DNA of 51,021 nt from positions 1 through 51,021 of the forward strand of contig CAXIUT010000056.1 in NCBI GenBank assembly GCA_964035545.1. The letters run 5' to 3'. Below, piece by piece: positions 37,515 to 48,574 of the stretch. Each line of letters opens with the position of its first letter. Within the stretch, counting starts at the first letter, position 1. The notes beneath the pieces were generated by a model, which did not search any database, was not told where the DNA came from, and saw nothing but the letters and a program-made list of their open reading frames with translations. The stretch comes from Bugula neritina (lineage: Eukaryota; Animalia; Bryozoa). The translations under genes and the position numbers were made by a program.

Positions 37515-38900
37515 TTATGCTGCGCATTTGGTTTGATTGCTGTCTTTCATTCCCGGGTACCATTGTTCGAATTTATCCCGCAACGTTCCGTCCAAAGTTC
37601 GAGTCCGGGTTTGCAGCATGAGATGTGCACCTGTTTTTGACCAGCGCATTTGTTGACGTTTACAGAAGCGTTTTCCGACGACGGTATTGACGGTGCTTTC
37701 GACAAATCCGGTCGAGACACGTTCGCCATAACGGCGGCGTTCAGCATAGTTGGGGATCATCCAGGCGTTATTTGTGATGTATGTCTGGAATTCACCTGCT
37801 GCCTTTCGTAGCGCCTTGATGCTGGCATATTCCGTTTCAACCCCATCAAGATCCATGACTAGATCTTCGATAACCTGTTGCCCGTTATGCAGATTGCCAT
37901 TCCACAGATATCCTTTGATCTGCCGCAGCATCCGGGCCATTTCTTCGCCCTCGTCCGGATTATGATGGATCAGGCCCTTTATATATTGTCCCATCACCGT
38001 GATGCGCATCGTAATGTGAAACCAGTCTAGGATATGTGTGGATGCAGGAGCCATATCCCGTGCGATATTGATCACGCTGTCGCCCCCATCGGTCATGAAC
38101 GTCACATGCTGGTTTTCCTGCCAGCCTTGATCTTTCAATATGCCATGCAGTCGGCGTTTGGGTTTTTCATCATGACTTTGCACAAGGCCAATGTAACGAT
38201 TTGGACGATCAGTAGGAATTGATTTCCCCACAGTCACTTCAAAATGGGATTGGCCCTTCTTGCGCGAACGTACATAGCCACCATCAATGCCAACCGTGAT
38301 CGGGCCGTCTGGGACTGGAAGCCGCTCACGTTCATAGGCACTGGTCTCAACAAAACTATATTGTTCGTCAGCCAATTCGCTTTCCAAGCGCTTGCCAACG
38401 CATCCCAAATGTCGGCGCACGGTCTCCGCAGTCAGTTGTTTGTCAATCGGCAGCACATCTTTCAACAAATTCACGCTAGCACCGTACGAAACCAAAGACG
38501 CCCATTTGCTTTCCAGCCACAGCATTTCTGGAGAAACATGATCGGGTAATAATGCAGTCAGGGGGCTAAAGGTCTGGGCAGCCTTGTCTTGGCATGCGCA
38601 ATGATAAAACCGTGGACTGTGAATAGGAATGTCACCAAAAACCGTGCGGTAGCGGATGTTTTTATGGCCTTTCCTCCGCAACTTGCGGTCACAGCAAGGG
38701 CACGACGAGTGTGCCGTGCAATAGGCTTGTGTTTGGGCAGATGTGATTTCCGTTTGCAACGCGAGCAGCAAACCCTTGCTTTCTGAAATGGACAGGCCAA
38801 CCTCACCAGAGGTGCTAAATTCCTTGTCCAGAACCGCGACCTGATGGTCGTGAACAACGCCGTCTGGATCGGTTAGCTGGAGGGTGATGTGCATCTTCAT
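37515..38900 (-). CDS. ISKra4-family transposase
   Basis: Same protein as 29257..30642. Confidence 0.9.
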   Translation of the reverse strand: MKMHITLQLTDPDGVVHDHQVAVLDKEFSTSGEVGLSISESKGLLLALQTEITSAQTQAYCTAHSSCPCCDRKLRRKGHKNIRYRTVFGDIPIHSPRFYHCACQDKAAQTFSPLTALLPDHVSPEMLWLESKWASLVSYGASVNLLKDVLPIDKQLTAETVRRHLGCVGKRLESELADEQYSFVETSAYERERLPVPDGPITVGIDGGYVRSRKKGQSHFEVTVGKSIPTDRPNRYIGLVQSHDEKPKRRLHGILKDQGWQENQHVTFMTDGGDSVINIARDMAPASTHILDWFHITMRITVMGQYIKGLIHHNPDEGEEMARMLRQIKGYLWNGNLHNGQQVIEDLVMDLDGVETEYASIKALRKAAGEFQTYITNNAWMIPNYAERRRYGERVSTGFVESTVNTVVGKRFCKRQQMRWSKTGAHLMLQTRTRTLDGTLRDKFEQWYPGMKDSNQTKCAA

Positions 38901-39475
38901 TGTACCTGATCCCTTACACGCATAATTGTTTGGCGGCTGGTTTTCATATCACGGGCAATGCCTGAGATCGTTTCGCCAGCTGCAAGTTTTTCCTTCACCT
39001 CATCTTGCTGATCCAGTGACAGTTTAGGGCGGCGACCAAGAGGCTTACCCTCTGCTTTTGCGCGAGCCAAGCCGGATTGAGTGCGCTCGATCAGCAAGTC
39101 GCGTTCAAACTGGGCCACGGAATTGATGACCCCCATTGTCAGCTTTCCCGCTGAGCTGGTCAGATCAACACCCCCCAGGGCAAGGCAATGAACTCGAATG
39201 CCGTTTTCTTCCAATTTGGTTACGGTGCTGGAGACATCGATTGCATTGCGACCCAACCGATCCAGTTTGGTGACAATCAGCACGTCACCCTGTTCCATTT
39301 TCTCCATCAGGCGGGCAAAGCCTGGGCGTTGCGCGATGGCACGTGATCCGGAGATCGTTTCAGTAATGATCCGGTGTGGCGCTACTTTGAACCCAGCCGC
39401 TTCGATTTCGAGAACCTGGTTTTCTGTCTCCTGTTCAAAGGTCGAGACGCGGGCATAAGCAAATATTCTGGACAT
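38897..39475 (-). CDS. Serine resolvase (repeat copy)
   Basis: Same as 182..760. Confidence 0.95.
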   Translation of the reverse strand: MSRIFAYARVSTFEQETENQVLEIEAAGFKVAPHRIITETISGSRAIAQRPGFARLMEKMEQGDVLIVTKLDRLGRNAIDVSSTVTKLEENGIRVHCLALGGVDLTSSAGKLTMGVINSVAQFERDLLIERTQSGLARAKAEGKPLGRRPKLSLDQQDEVKEKLAAGETISGIARDMKTSRQTIMRVRDQVQ

Positions 39476-39592
39476 CGGTGGTTTCTGTTAAAAAATAGAT
39501 GTCCGTAATTATATGCCTGTCCTGAACTGCGTCAAGATAATATAAGGACACGTTTTTACGCCCCGTCCGAAACCGGTCCTTTTCGAACACGC

Positions 39593-40255
39593 CTACCACA
39601 TCTGCTGACGCATCAATTCTAGATGGCAGCCGTCCCGGAACCCCTGATTGATCCGCTTGCGTGAAAACTTGCTCGCCTGATACGGCTCCCGCGCAACGAC
39701 ACGCTGCATCGCAGCCTCAACATCGTCGGTCAGCACATCTCGCACCGTCAGACCAGTCGTGTCCTGTTTGGTAAGGCCATCTAGCCACTCAACCATAACG
39801 CCGAAGTCCTGCCACGCGTCATACCCTCCCGCTTCATCACGGCGGTAAAGATACCCCTCCACTCCACCGCAATCTTCAGGCGGGCAGGCACCAGAACCGC
39901 CCGTGCAAACGGGATAGGTCTTCTTTGGGTCAGCAGCACCAAATCCCTCGACGCGAATTTCATGGGACCAATGATCTCCCATGTCATAAATATACGAGAA
40001 AGTCTCATTCTGGCGAAAAACAAACTCTGCCAAAGGCAAATCGGGATTTGCTGCAAACAATTCAAACGACCCATACCGCACGGCACGAATGTCAAATTCG
40101 TAAAGATGAATGCCTTCCCACCCCATCGCCACCTGAATAATTCCTTGGAGTTCCCGCAAACTGATTGAAACAGGCACCAGAACACGCCGCCAAATCATGG
40201 GGCTGAGCCCCAGCAAGCGGATCTTCAGTTGAATAATGTTGGCCGTTCCAGACAT
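39593..40255 (-). CDS. pRiA4b ORF-3-like protein (repeat copy)
   Basis: Same as 878..1540. Confidence 0.9.
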   Translation of the reverse strand: MSGTANIIQLKIRLLGLSPMIWRRVLVPVSISLRELQGIIQVAMGWEGIHLYEFDIRAVRYGSFELFAANPDLPLAEFVFRQNETFSYIYDMGDHWSHEIRVEGFGAADPKKTYPVCTGGSGACPPEDCGGVEGYLYRRDEAGGYDAWQDFGVMVEWLDGLTKQDTTGLTVRDVLTDDVEAAMQRVVAREPYQASKFSRKRINQGFRDGCHLELMRQQMW

Positions 40256-40565
40256 CCAAAATAGATGCCAGCCTCAAAACAAAAACACAATTGCCCCACG
40301 CTTTGAGATACTCTCCAAAGAGTGTGGCAGCAAAAGGGGCTAAACCGCCTGATGAAATCCTACAAAAGCGCGCCACCCAAACTGTGTTCCATGGGTGGCC
40401 GTCTGCTCAATACTCAGGATAAGATCGGTGACACCATCAGCCTGTAAAATAGCTGCGCAACACCCGTTAACCCAACCACTTGCATCCCAGTTGCGGTATG
40501 GTTTCTGGGTGGTTTGCTTTTTCTATTTTCGGGCAAACCTTACCGCAGCGTACGCTTACAAACGG

Positions 40566-41243
40566 TTAACGTTTCAGCTGTTCGATAAAGGCGTGTTCGG
40601 CCACAGGACCAATCCATTGACGCGATTGCCAGACCTGATTTGACCGCGCATCCAGCGCATAGGTGTTGGTGAACGACATCTCTGCACCTTGGCAAGTTTC
40701 CACCACGTCGCGCACCTTATACTGGCGCTCCAACTGGGTCAGCGTCTTGGTTCCTGTCACCTGCATTGAACAGTTGGCCGACAGTTTCACGGTTCTATTC
40801 TCGCTGTCCAAATAGCGATGCACACGGGTATAACTGCCACCCTTCAGGGCCGCGGCCACACTGCGGTATGGCATATCAAGCGACATCAGATCGTATCCCA
40901 GCCCGCGCGTGCCCGTCATCAGGCCACCACGCAGATAAACCGCCTGCCCTGTGCCCATGAAATACGTCGCCGTATCGCCGTTGCGCGCCAGCTCGGCCGC
41001 CGTGGCTTGGCTGCCCGTGGCCCCCACAGTCAGACGTATCAGTGGCACTGTGGACTGCTCCACCTGCGTCCGTGTCACAGCCGCCGCCGCTTGGGGGGCA
41101 TTCTTATTTTTGCGCTGCTCAAACGTGCCTTTAGCAGTGGCAAACAATTGTTCCGCCAGATCAGGCGCATTGCCCTCTGATCCGCAACTGGCCAGCGCCA
41201 AAGCGGCAGCAAACAAGGCCGAAGTTTTGAACACAGATCTCAT
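40566..41243 (-). CDS. yjbF: YjbF-family lipoprotein (repeat copy)
   Basis: Same as 1851..2528. Confidence 0.75.
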   Translation of the reverse strand: MRSVFKTSALFAAALALASCGSEGNAPDLAEQLFATAKGTFEQRKNKNAPQAAAAVTRTQVEQSTVPLIRLTVGATGSQATAAELARNGDTATYFMGTGQAVYLRGGLMTGTRGLGYDLMSLDMPYRSVAAALKGGSYTRVHRYLDSENRTVKLSANCSMQVTGTKTLTQLERQYKVRDVVETCQGAEMSFTNTYALDARSNQVWQSRQWIGPVAEHAFIEQLKR

Positions 41244-43315
41244 CTCCACACCTTCCCAAAGCTCGCGTTGAGCGTTGGCCTGTCATAGGGCTTTAAGGTT
41301 TCATACAGGCGGTTTTCGATCTTCAAACGTGCGCCCCCATCGCGGGTCAAAGGCCGCAAAACGATGTCCGCAGTGTTACGGCTTGGCTGGCCAAACAAGG
41401 ACGCCAATGGGATGGATGCTGTGATGCCTTTGTCAAAGCTGCCTTCGCCAAAATCTTCAAACGGCACGTCAGTCAGCGTAAAGAACCCGCCCACTTTCCA
41501 ACCGTTGTTAAACGTGCGGCTGACAGCAACCGTGCCCCCCACATCGCCCGCCAAATATCGCCCCGCATCGACCTGCGCTTCAAAGCCGCGGCCCAGATCA
41601 AAATAGGCAGACGCATGGCCCGTCACAACGTCATAATCGCGAAAGCCCAAGCGCTGGTCAAAGTCGCGCTGCTTCACATAGTTCAGCTCGGCCCCAAGCG
41701 CAAAGCGGCGCCCCACAGGTTTCCACAGAACCTCAGCAGACAGACCGCCAAACATGGTTTCGAAATACCCAGCCGACACACGGCCATACACTTCGGGGGC
41801 CACCTTAAAGATGTAATCCGCAGTCAAGCGCTCTAGCGCAGGATCGCCGCCTGCGTAATACTCAGGCGCATCGGACCTAACGCGCGGCAGAACAGAATTG
41901 TTCGCTCTGGTGCGCACGTCAATATTGCCCACGATGGGTTTGATAATCGAGCCTGACACGGAAAACCCTGGCGCCAGATCAAAGCGCCCGCGCAAGCGCA
42001 GCCCCACATCAGCGCGCAAGGGGGAATCCGGGTCGAAAAAGCTCGCACGGATATACGGTTTCAGGCTCCAATTGAACGTTGGATACAAATCAGGTGCATA
42101 AACCGCATCTGGATCCACACGGCGCACTGCGGCCACTTTGGTGCGTGCCTGCAATTGCTCAGCCCCATCGGCCGCATGTTCAAACCGTTCCAGAGCAGAG
42201 CGTTGGAAGGTGGTGCTCAGTGTGGGTAAACCATTTTCCATCGAAATAATCTCGATGGTTTCCACGGAATGCGGCAGCACACGGGTCAGGCCACGGGCCG
42301 CCCTCCCCACAGCCTGCGCGGTGGTGTAATAGGTGGTGTTGCGCACATAAACCTTGGCGTGGGTCGCCTCGACCTTCAGCGCCTCAACCTGCAACTTGCT
42401 GGCCTCCAGGACCAGTTTGGCTGGAGCTTGCAACGCAGTGGACCCCGCTCCTTGCACGGCCCAGGCGGTGTCATACCCCGCCGCACCCCGATCAGGACGC
42501 GTGAGCACAGGCAGCCCCGCCTCTTCTACACCAGAGGGGAAGGAACGACGTTTGGGGTTCAAGGCAAAGCTCAGTTGTACGCCCACTTCGGAACCATAAA
42601 GGTAATAGGCACTTAGATGGGTGTCGTTGTTGATGGCATAGTCCAGACCAAAGTTGATCTGACTGTCCCGTTTAAAAATACTGCGCGACACGGTTTCACG
42701 TAAGTATTTGTCGGATGAATATTCCAGTTTTGCGTTGAGCCCTTTAATGGGCGTAATCCATTCGATCCCACCAAAGGCACTGACATCCCCGCTGAACCAA
42801 TCGCCCGCTTGAATGCTACCTCCTTGGCCAAAATTCACAGTGCGGCGCTCATCACTGAACCGCCCCCAGCCCAAACCCGCTGTCACCTTGAATTTGGGGT
42901 GTAGACGCTTGGTGGCCACGATGTATTCGCCCGAATAGAGCCCTGTGCCAATGAAATCTTGCAAGCCGATAGTAACCGCCGGGCGATACTTGCCCTCGGT
43001 CAGAACCTGATAGCGCAGATCAAAGCTGCGGTCGTATTGTTTACCGTTCCCCACGTTGTTGAACTCTGGGATGATCGAATAGCGAAAGCTGCCTGACAGG
43101 CGCGGCAAAATCTGAAAGCTCACCGTATAGCGTTGTGCGCCCTTGAAATGAGAGGCGGTTGTGGTCAGCTCCCCATCGGGTTGCTGTTCCGCCGAGGGCA
43201 TTTCAATCAGCCCAGTTGTGCCATAGGTGTTGAGCGTCGGCTTGGCTGGTTCTGCCATGCTTTGGGCAGGGATCAGGGCCAAAAAACCAAACGTCGAAAG
43301 AAGTTTGCACCGCAT
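41240..43315 (-). CDS. yjbH: YjbH-family protein (repeat copy)
   Basis: Same as 2525..4600. Confidence 0.9.
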   Translation of the reverse strand: MRCKLLSTFGFLALIPAQSMAEPAKPTLNTYGTTGLIEMPSAEQQPDGELTTTASHFKGAQRYTVSFQILPRLSGSFRYSIIPEFNNVGNGKQYDRSFDLRYQVLTEGKYRPAVTIGLQDFIGTGLYSGEYIVATKRLHPKFKVTAGLGWGRFSDERRTVNFGQGGSIQAGDWFSGDVSAFGGIEWITPIKGLNAKLEYSSDKYLRETVSRSIFKRDSQINFGLDYAINNDTHLSAYYLYGSEVGVQLSFALNPKRRSFPSGVEEAGLPVLTRPDRGAAGYDTAWAVQGAGSTALQAPAKLVLEASKLQVEALKVEATHAKVYVRNTTYYTTAQAVGRAARGLTRVLPHSVETIEIISMENGLPTLSTTFQRSALERFEHAADGAEQLQARTKVAAVRRVDPDAVYAPDLYPTFNWSLKPYIRASFFDPDSPLRADVGLRLRGRFDLAPGFSVSGSIIKPIVGNIDVRTRANNSVLPRVRSDAPEYYAGGDPALERLTADYIFKVAPEVYGRVSAGYFETMFGGLSAEVLWKPVGRRFALGAELNYVKQRDFDQRLGFRDYDVVTGHASAYFDLGRGFEAQVDAGRYLAGDVGGTVAVSRTFNNGWKVGGFFTLTDVPFEDFGEGSFDKGITASIPLASLFGQPSRNTADIVLRPLTRDGGARLKIENRLYETLKPYDRPTLNASFGKVWR

Positions 43316-43492
43316 TAAATCAACCGCCCCAAGTAAATCGTCTTTCCCCAGAATATGCCACATCTTATGCCCGATAACTATGCTTAAATTGCAGTGATAA
43401 GGCCGTGAAACAACAAGGACAATAACAGTCTTCAGATACAAAAATGGCGCATGAAATCATGCGCCATTCTTATGTGTTCCCAAGTAGAAAAC

Positions 43493-43744
43493 TTAGGGTG
43501 CTGGTGTCGAAGATGTCGCGGAGTCATCTGTAACTGTTGCAACAACCGCGGCTGCGATAACGCCACCAATCACTGCTGTGCCAACGGTCACGCCGCCAAC
43601 CAGAGTAGTTGTTGCAACGGTTGCTGCTGTCGTTGTTGCTGTCGTTGTTGTTGCTGCCACAACAGCTGTTTCAGTTTGTGCAAACGCAGATGTTGAAGTC
43701 AAAGCGACGACAGATGCTGCAACGAGTGTGTGTGTGAGTTTCAT
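43493..43744 (-). CDS. YjbE-like Thr-rich secreted protein (repeat copy)
   Basis: Same as 4778..5029. Confidence 0.65.
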   Translation of the reverse strand: MKLTHTLVAASVVALTSTSAFAQTETAVVAATTTTATTTAATVATTTLVGGVTVGTAVIGGVIAAAVVATVTDDSATSSTPAP

Positions 43745-43883
43745 GGAAATTGCCCTATCTAAAAACTATTACGCAACCACTCATCGCAGAGTTGCACCAG
43801 AAAAGTCAATAAACGGTGGTTAAAAAACTGCTATACTGTGGTTATTGAGTGGGAAACTGCTCATAAGCCCATCATCTTGTGGC

Positions 43884-44657
43884 TTAACGGTTCAAAATAA
43901 TGCGGTAATAGAGCGCTAGGAACCCAATTCCGAACGCCATCATCACCAAGACCAATCCCAGCACAAACCAATACGATACAAACACTGCGTCATAGGTCGG
44001 GTAAAAACCGCGGCGCATTTCCCCGATGATATGCACCAAAGGATTATACCACAGCCATCCTTGATAAGCCTTTGGTAATGTTTCAAAAGTGAAGAAGATT
44101 GTCGAAATAATGAACATGGGCCGATTAACGATTTTCCAGATTTGCCGCCAGACGGGGAACATGGAAAACAGGAAACAGTTCATACACCCCACCGCCAATC
44201 CCAATCCCGCCGCCATCAACAAAGCGCGCACAATGGATGGAATGTGAATAATAGTGTGGGTTTCAAACAACATCAAAATCCCGATGATCACCACATAAAA
44301 CACCATCAGATGCACCAGCGTGTTCAGCAAAAATCGCGCAAAAATAGCATCCACAAAGGTCACAGAGGGATATTTCAGCAAAGGTTTAGAGAATTTGATC
44401 GAATCAGCCGTGCGTTGCGACACCTGCATATACAGCATGAACGGCAGGTATCCCGTGGCATAAAAAATTGGGAAATTTGTGCCCAAAGACGGCGACCGCA
44501 ACACCAATCCAAAGGCCACGGACATCATCGCAATGCCCCCTGCAGGTTCTAAAATGGCCCAGATGTACCCCCCCGGAGATTTGCCGTAAGTGGTGCTCAT
44601 CTCTCGCAGGACCAATGCAAGTATGGTGCGTATCGTTCTGAATCTATTGTGAGGCAT
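43884..44657 (-). CDS. kpsM: KpsM-like permease (repeat copy)
   Basis: Same as 5169..5942. Confidence 0.9.
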   Translation of the reverse strand: MPHNRFRTIRTILALVLREMSTTYGKSPGGYIWAILEPAGGIAMMSVAFGLVLRSPSLGTNFPIFYATGYLPFMLYMQVSQRTADSIKFSKPLLKYPSVTFVDAIFARFLLNTLVHLMVFYVVIIGILMLFETHTIIHIPSIVRALLMAAGLGLAVGCMNCFLFSMFPVWRQIWKIVNRPMFIISTIFFTFETLPKAYQGWLWYNPLVHIIGEMRRGFYPTYDAVFVSYWFVLGLVLVMMAFGIGFLALYYRIILNR

Positions 44658-44776
44658 CCACAATCCTACGGCACCAGTTTTTATGAATTGAAATTGGAAA
44701 ACTGGATTTATCCACGGATTGTATGTAGGAACACCCTTGGATATTCAATTATAATCTAGCGCGATAAGGCCCATTC

Positions 44777-46390
44777 TTGACCGATGATGCACCCAAGGGT
44801 TCCAAAAGCGAACCCGCCTCACAGACATCCCCTGCCCCCGCAAAACCTGCCTCTGCCTCCACAGAGCCAAAGGTCGTGGTAGCTGTGACACCAGAGACTA
44901 CCAAGCCCAAACCAGACGCAGCCACCACAGCGCCTGAAACCAACAAAGCAGCACCAAAGCCAGAGGCAAAGCCCAATCCTAAGCCAGAGGCCAAAGCAGC
45001 ACCAAAGCCAGAGGCAAAGCCCGCTCCTAAGCCAAAGGTCAAAGCAGCACCAAAGCCAGAGGCAAAGCCCACTATCAAAGCCGCAAAGACAGCGGCCTCG
45101 AACGTGGTAAAATCTCCCGAAAAGCCAGAGGCTGCAAAACCTGTGCCAAAAGCTGCCGCAAAATCAACGACACCAAAGACAGCCACTAAACCGGCAAAGA
45201 AATCTGTTACAAAATCTGCCCCCAAACCAAAGCCCATGCCTACCCCCGTTGCTCTGCCTGAAACGGGCATAAGCGGGCAATTCCGCACGCGGTTCCGTCA
45301 TTTCATGATCTTTGTCACCTTTTTGATCTTCGTGGTGGCACCCTCTTTTGTGGTCTACAGCTATTTGACCCAACGGGCGGCGGATCAATACGCCTCTACC
45401 GTTGGCTTTGTCGTGCGCCAAGCCGACAGCCCTGGTCCCACAGGGGGCGGCCTTTTGGGCAGTCTTGCGTCTTTGGGTGGGGCGAATAATTCGGATTCGG
45501 ACATCTTGTACGAGTTTATAAAAAGCCAACAAATGGTTGAGTCTGTTGATAAAACTCTTGATCTTCGAACCATTTACAATCTGCCAGACAATGATCCCGT
45601 CTTCACCCTTGGCGAAGACGCTTCGATCGAGGATCTGATGTGGTATTGGTCTTGGGCGGTGAATGTCTTTTATGATCCGGGCACGGGTCTGATTGAATTG
45701 CGCGTGCTGGCCTTTACGGCAGATGATGCGCGCAACATCGCGCTTGAGATTTCCAAACAAAGCGACTCGCTGATCAACGAACTCAGCGCCATTTCGCGCG
45801 AAGACACCACGCGCTATGCCCGCGAAGAATTGGACAAAGCGGTGGATCGGCTGCGCGAAACCCGCCAGACCCTGACCGCATTCCGAAACTCCTCCCAGAT
45901 AGTGGATCCAACGGCAGATGTGCAGGGGCGCATGGGGCTGTTGAACTATCTGCAACAGCAACTGGCGGACACGATGATCGAACAGGACCTGCTGCGTGAT
46001 CAAGCCCGCGAGGATGACCCCCGTTTGCAACAATCCCAACGCCGCATTGCGGTCATTCAGGAACGCATCGACGAAGAGCGCCAGAAAATCGGCCTAGGCG
46101 ACACAGGAACAGGCGAAGCCGCAGCCGAACTGGTGGGCAAATACGAAGGCCTGATTGTGGATCGCGAATTCGCCGAACAAGCTTATGTCAAAGCCCTGTC
46201 GAACTATGACGGCGCCGTCGCCGAGGCCAACCGCACCAGCCGCTATTTGGCGGAATACATCAAACCGACCACATCCCAAGAACCGCAATACCCGCAACGT
46301 TATTTGATTGTCGCCATCCTTGCGCTCTTCTTGTTGTTGGTCTGGTTTATTCTGGTGCTGATCTATTACAGCATCAAAGACCGCCGCTAA
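44777..46390 (+). CDS. kpsE: KpsE-like protein (repeat copy)
   Basis: Same as 6062..7675. Confidence 0.88.
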   Translation: MTDDAPKGSKSEPASQTSPAPAKPASASTEPKVVVAVTPETTKPKPDAATTAPETNKAAPKPEAKPNPKPEAKAAPKPEAKPAPKPKVKAAPKPEAKPTIKAAKTAASNVVKSPEKPEAAKPVPKAAAKSTTPKTATKPAKKSVTKSAPKPKPMPTPVALPETGISGQFRTRFRHFMIFVTFLIFVVAPSFVVYSYLTQRAADQYASTVGFVVRQADSPGPTGGGLLGSLASLGGANNSDSDILYEFIKSQQMVESVDKTLDLRTIYNLPDNDPVFTLGEDASIEDLMWYWSWAVNVFYDPGTGLIELRVLAFTADDARNIALEISKQSDSLINELSAISREDTTRYAREELDKAVDRLRETRQTLTAFRNSSQIVDPTADVQGRMGLLNYLQQQLADTMIEQDLLRDQAREDDPRLQQSQRRIAVIQERIDEERQKIGLGDTGTGEAAAELVGKYEGLIVDREFAEQAYVKALSNYDGAVAEANRTSRYLAEYIKPTTSQEPQYPQRYLIVAILALFLLLVWFILVLIYYSIKDRR

Positions 46391-46394
46391 GCAT

Positions 46395-47048
46395 ATGGTT
46401 GAACTGGTCAATTTGCGCAAATCATATGCTGTTGGCGCCACGGAAAAAGTGGTGGCCGACAATCTGTCTTTTGTGTTTCCCAAAGGAGTCAGCGTGGCGC
46501 TTTTGGGGCGCAATGGGGCGGGCAAATCCACCCTATTGCAGATGATCGCTGGCACCATGAACCCTGACAGCGGAGAGGTCATTCACAACGGCAACGTGTC
46601 TTGGCCCGTCGGGTTTTCAGGCAGCTTTCACGCCGATATGACGGGCGCGCAAAACATCCGCTTTATCGCGCGAATTTACGGCGTCGATACCTCTGAATTG
46701 ATGGCCTATGTCGAAGACTTTGCCGAATTGGGCGGGCATTTCCACCAACCCGTGCGCACTTATTCGTCGGGCATGAAATCACGCCTTGCGTTTGGGGCCT
46801 CCATGGGGATCAAGTTTGACACCTATCTGGTGGACGAGGTCACATCCGTGGGCGATGCGCGCTTTAAACGCAAATGCAACATAGTGTTTCGCGACCGCAT
46901 GCAAACAAGCGGTGCAATTGTGGTATCCCATTCTATGCCCACACTGAAGCGGCTGTGCGACACAGGCGTTGTGCTGGAAAACGGCCGCCTCACCGCTTTT
47001 GACACCCTGCCCGAAGCCATTGCTTTCCATAAAGAAACCATGGCATAA
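46395..47048 (+). CDS. kpsT: KpsT-like ATPase (repeat copy)
   Basis: Same as 7680..8333. Confidence 0.93.
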   Translation: MVELVNLRKSYAVGATEKVVADNLSFVFPKGVSVALLGRNGAGKSTLLQMIAGTMNPDSGEVIHNGNVSWPVGFSGSFHADMTGAQNIRFIARIYGVDTSELMAYVEDFAELGGHFHQPVRTYSSGMKSRLAFGASMGIKFDTYLVDEVTSVGDARFKRKCNIVFRDRMQTSGAIVVSHSMPTLKRLCDTGVVLENGRLTAFDTLPEAIAFHKETMA

Positions 47049-47293
47049 AGCATCCTGCCCAAAACCTGAAACACTGTGTGCCCCTAAGGTACAATGAAAA
47101 CAGATAATTGGTCGGGTCATTTGTTTCAGAAAACAAAGCCGACGTTCCAGCACAGCGTTGCGCCCTGCCCTATGCGGCGCACGCGCCATTTATCATTTTT
47201 AAGAACAATCTTGGGAAACAGCCCGTCATTCTTATTGGCACTGGCTGCCCTCTTCTCGGATCAGCTGCGCGTCGTTTTTGACAGGAGCTTTCT

Positions 47294-48574
47294 ATGACAA
47301 CTGCCCGCCTAAAAATCCCTTATGTTCTGCCAAGTCAGGCACAAAAACATGTAACGGTAAACGAAGCCTTTGCCGCCTTTGATGGCGTGGTGCAGCTTTC
47401 GGCCATTAGCGCGACAACCGTCACCCCCCCAGCCTCCCCTGCAGATGGCGACACCTATGTTGTGCCCACAGGGGCCACAGAAGATTGGACAGGCCAAGAT
47501 GATGCCATCGCCATTTATGACAAGACTCTTTGGAGCTTTACGCCCCCCTCCGATGGGTTTTTATGTTATGTCATCGATGACGATCGGCTCTATCGCTATC
47601 TGGCGGGGTGGGACGCTCTTCCTGGCACAGAGACGCTGGCGCAACTTGGTATCAACGGCACGGCAGACAGCACCAATCGGTTGCTCGTTCAATCCGAAGG
47701 TATCGTTTTCAATCATGCTGGCAGCCATCAACGCACCACAGTGAACAAACAAGCCCCGACCGATGACGCCGCTTTCAGTTTTCAAACAGATTTCTCGCCG
47801 CGAGCGCTGTTTGGGCTGTTGGGCTCGGATGATTTCACCTTAAAGACTTCGCCTGATGGCAACACCTATGCCACGGGGTTTTCCGTTGAAGCCGCCACGG
47901 GCAATGTTTCTTTGGGCAACATCACGGATTATTCCAGCGCGGTCACTCTTCACAGCAGCAGCACCCCAGAATTCAGCCTAATCACTGACGTCGAAGATTC
48001 CGCAGCCATTAAATATTTGGATGCACAGGCTGGATCCTCGCAGAATTGCCGCCTCGCATGGTCCGCTGCCAGCAATGCTTTCACCATTGAAACCAACAAC
48101 ACACTTGCCCTCTCGATTTCCGCGAATGGCACCGTGTCACACCCTCAAACACCGACCCTGTCCTACAGTCGAAATACGGATTTGTCCTGGGGTGGAAACA
48201 CATCCGAAAAGATCGCGTTTGAAACCCAGCGGGTTTTACAGGGCAATATCAGCATGAACAGCGCCATGGACGAAGTCACAATCCTCCAAGCGGGTACTTA
48301 TTTGGCAGCCATACGCATTGTTACCGCCAATGGCACAACGAATTCAGGGGACGCATGGATTCTGGAGCTTCGCCAAAATGGCAGCAACATGATCGCTGCA
48401 GGCACAAACTTGTTTTGCCCCAACCAAACCAGCGGCACCGGAGTCGAAGCAACGCATTCCTTCACCCTACCAATCATTGCAGCGACAGATGACACATTCG
48501 AAGTCTGGATCGCATCTATCGATAGCTCTGCCACACTAAAAGGCGCCGCGCTTGAACTGGTGAAAATCGCTTAA
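47294..48574 (+). CDS. DUF2793 protein (repeat copy, 3 aa differences)
   Basis: As 8579..9859 but F->I, I->M and V->F near the C-terminus. Confidence 0.8.
   Translation: MTTARLKIPYVLPSQAQKHVTVNEAFAAFDGVVQLSAISATTVTPPASPADGDTYVVPTGATEDWTGQDDAIAIYDKTLWSFTPPSDGFLCYVIDDDRLYRYLAGWDALPGTETLAQLGINGTADSTNRLLVQSEGIVFNHAGSHQRTTVNKQAPTDDAAFSFQTDFSPRALFGLLGSDDFTLKTSPDGNTYATGFSVEAATGNVSLGNITDYSSAVTLHSSSTPEFSLITDVEDSAAIKYLDAQAGSSQNCRLAWSAASNAFTIETNNTLALSISANGTVSHPQTPTLSYSRNTDLSWGGNTSEKIAFETQRVLQGNISMNSAMDEVTILQAGTYLAAIRIVTANGTTNSGDAWILELRQNGSNMIAAGTNLFCPNQTSGTGVEATHSFTLPIIAATDDTFEVWIASIDSSATLKGAALELVKIA

Larger units (their letters stand above)
37489..40316 (-). mobile_element. ISKra4-family element, 2,828 bp, inverted relative to 27841..30668
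   Basis: GGAGAGCACCCC... at 37489 and ...GAGATACTCTCC at 40316; same three ORFs. Confidence 0.9.
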
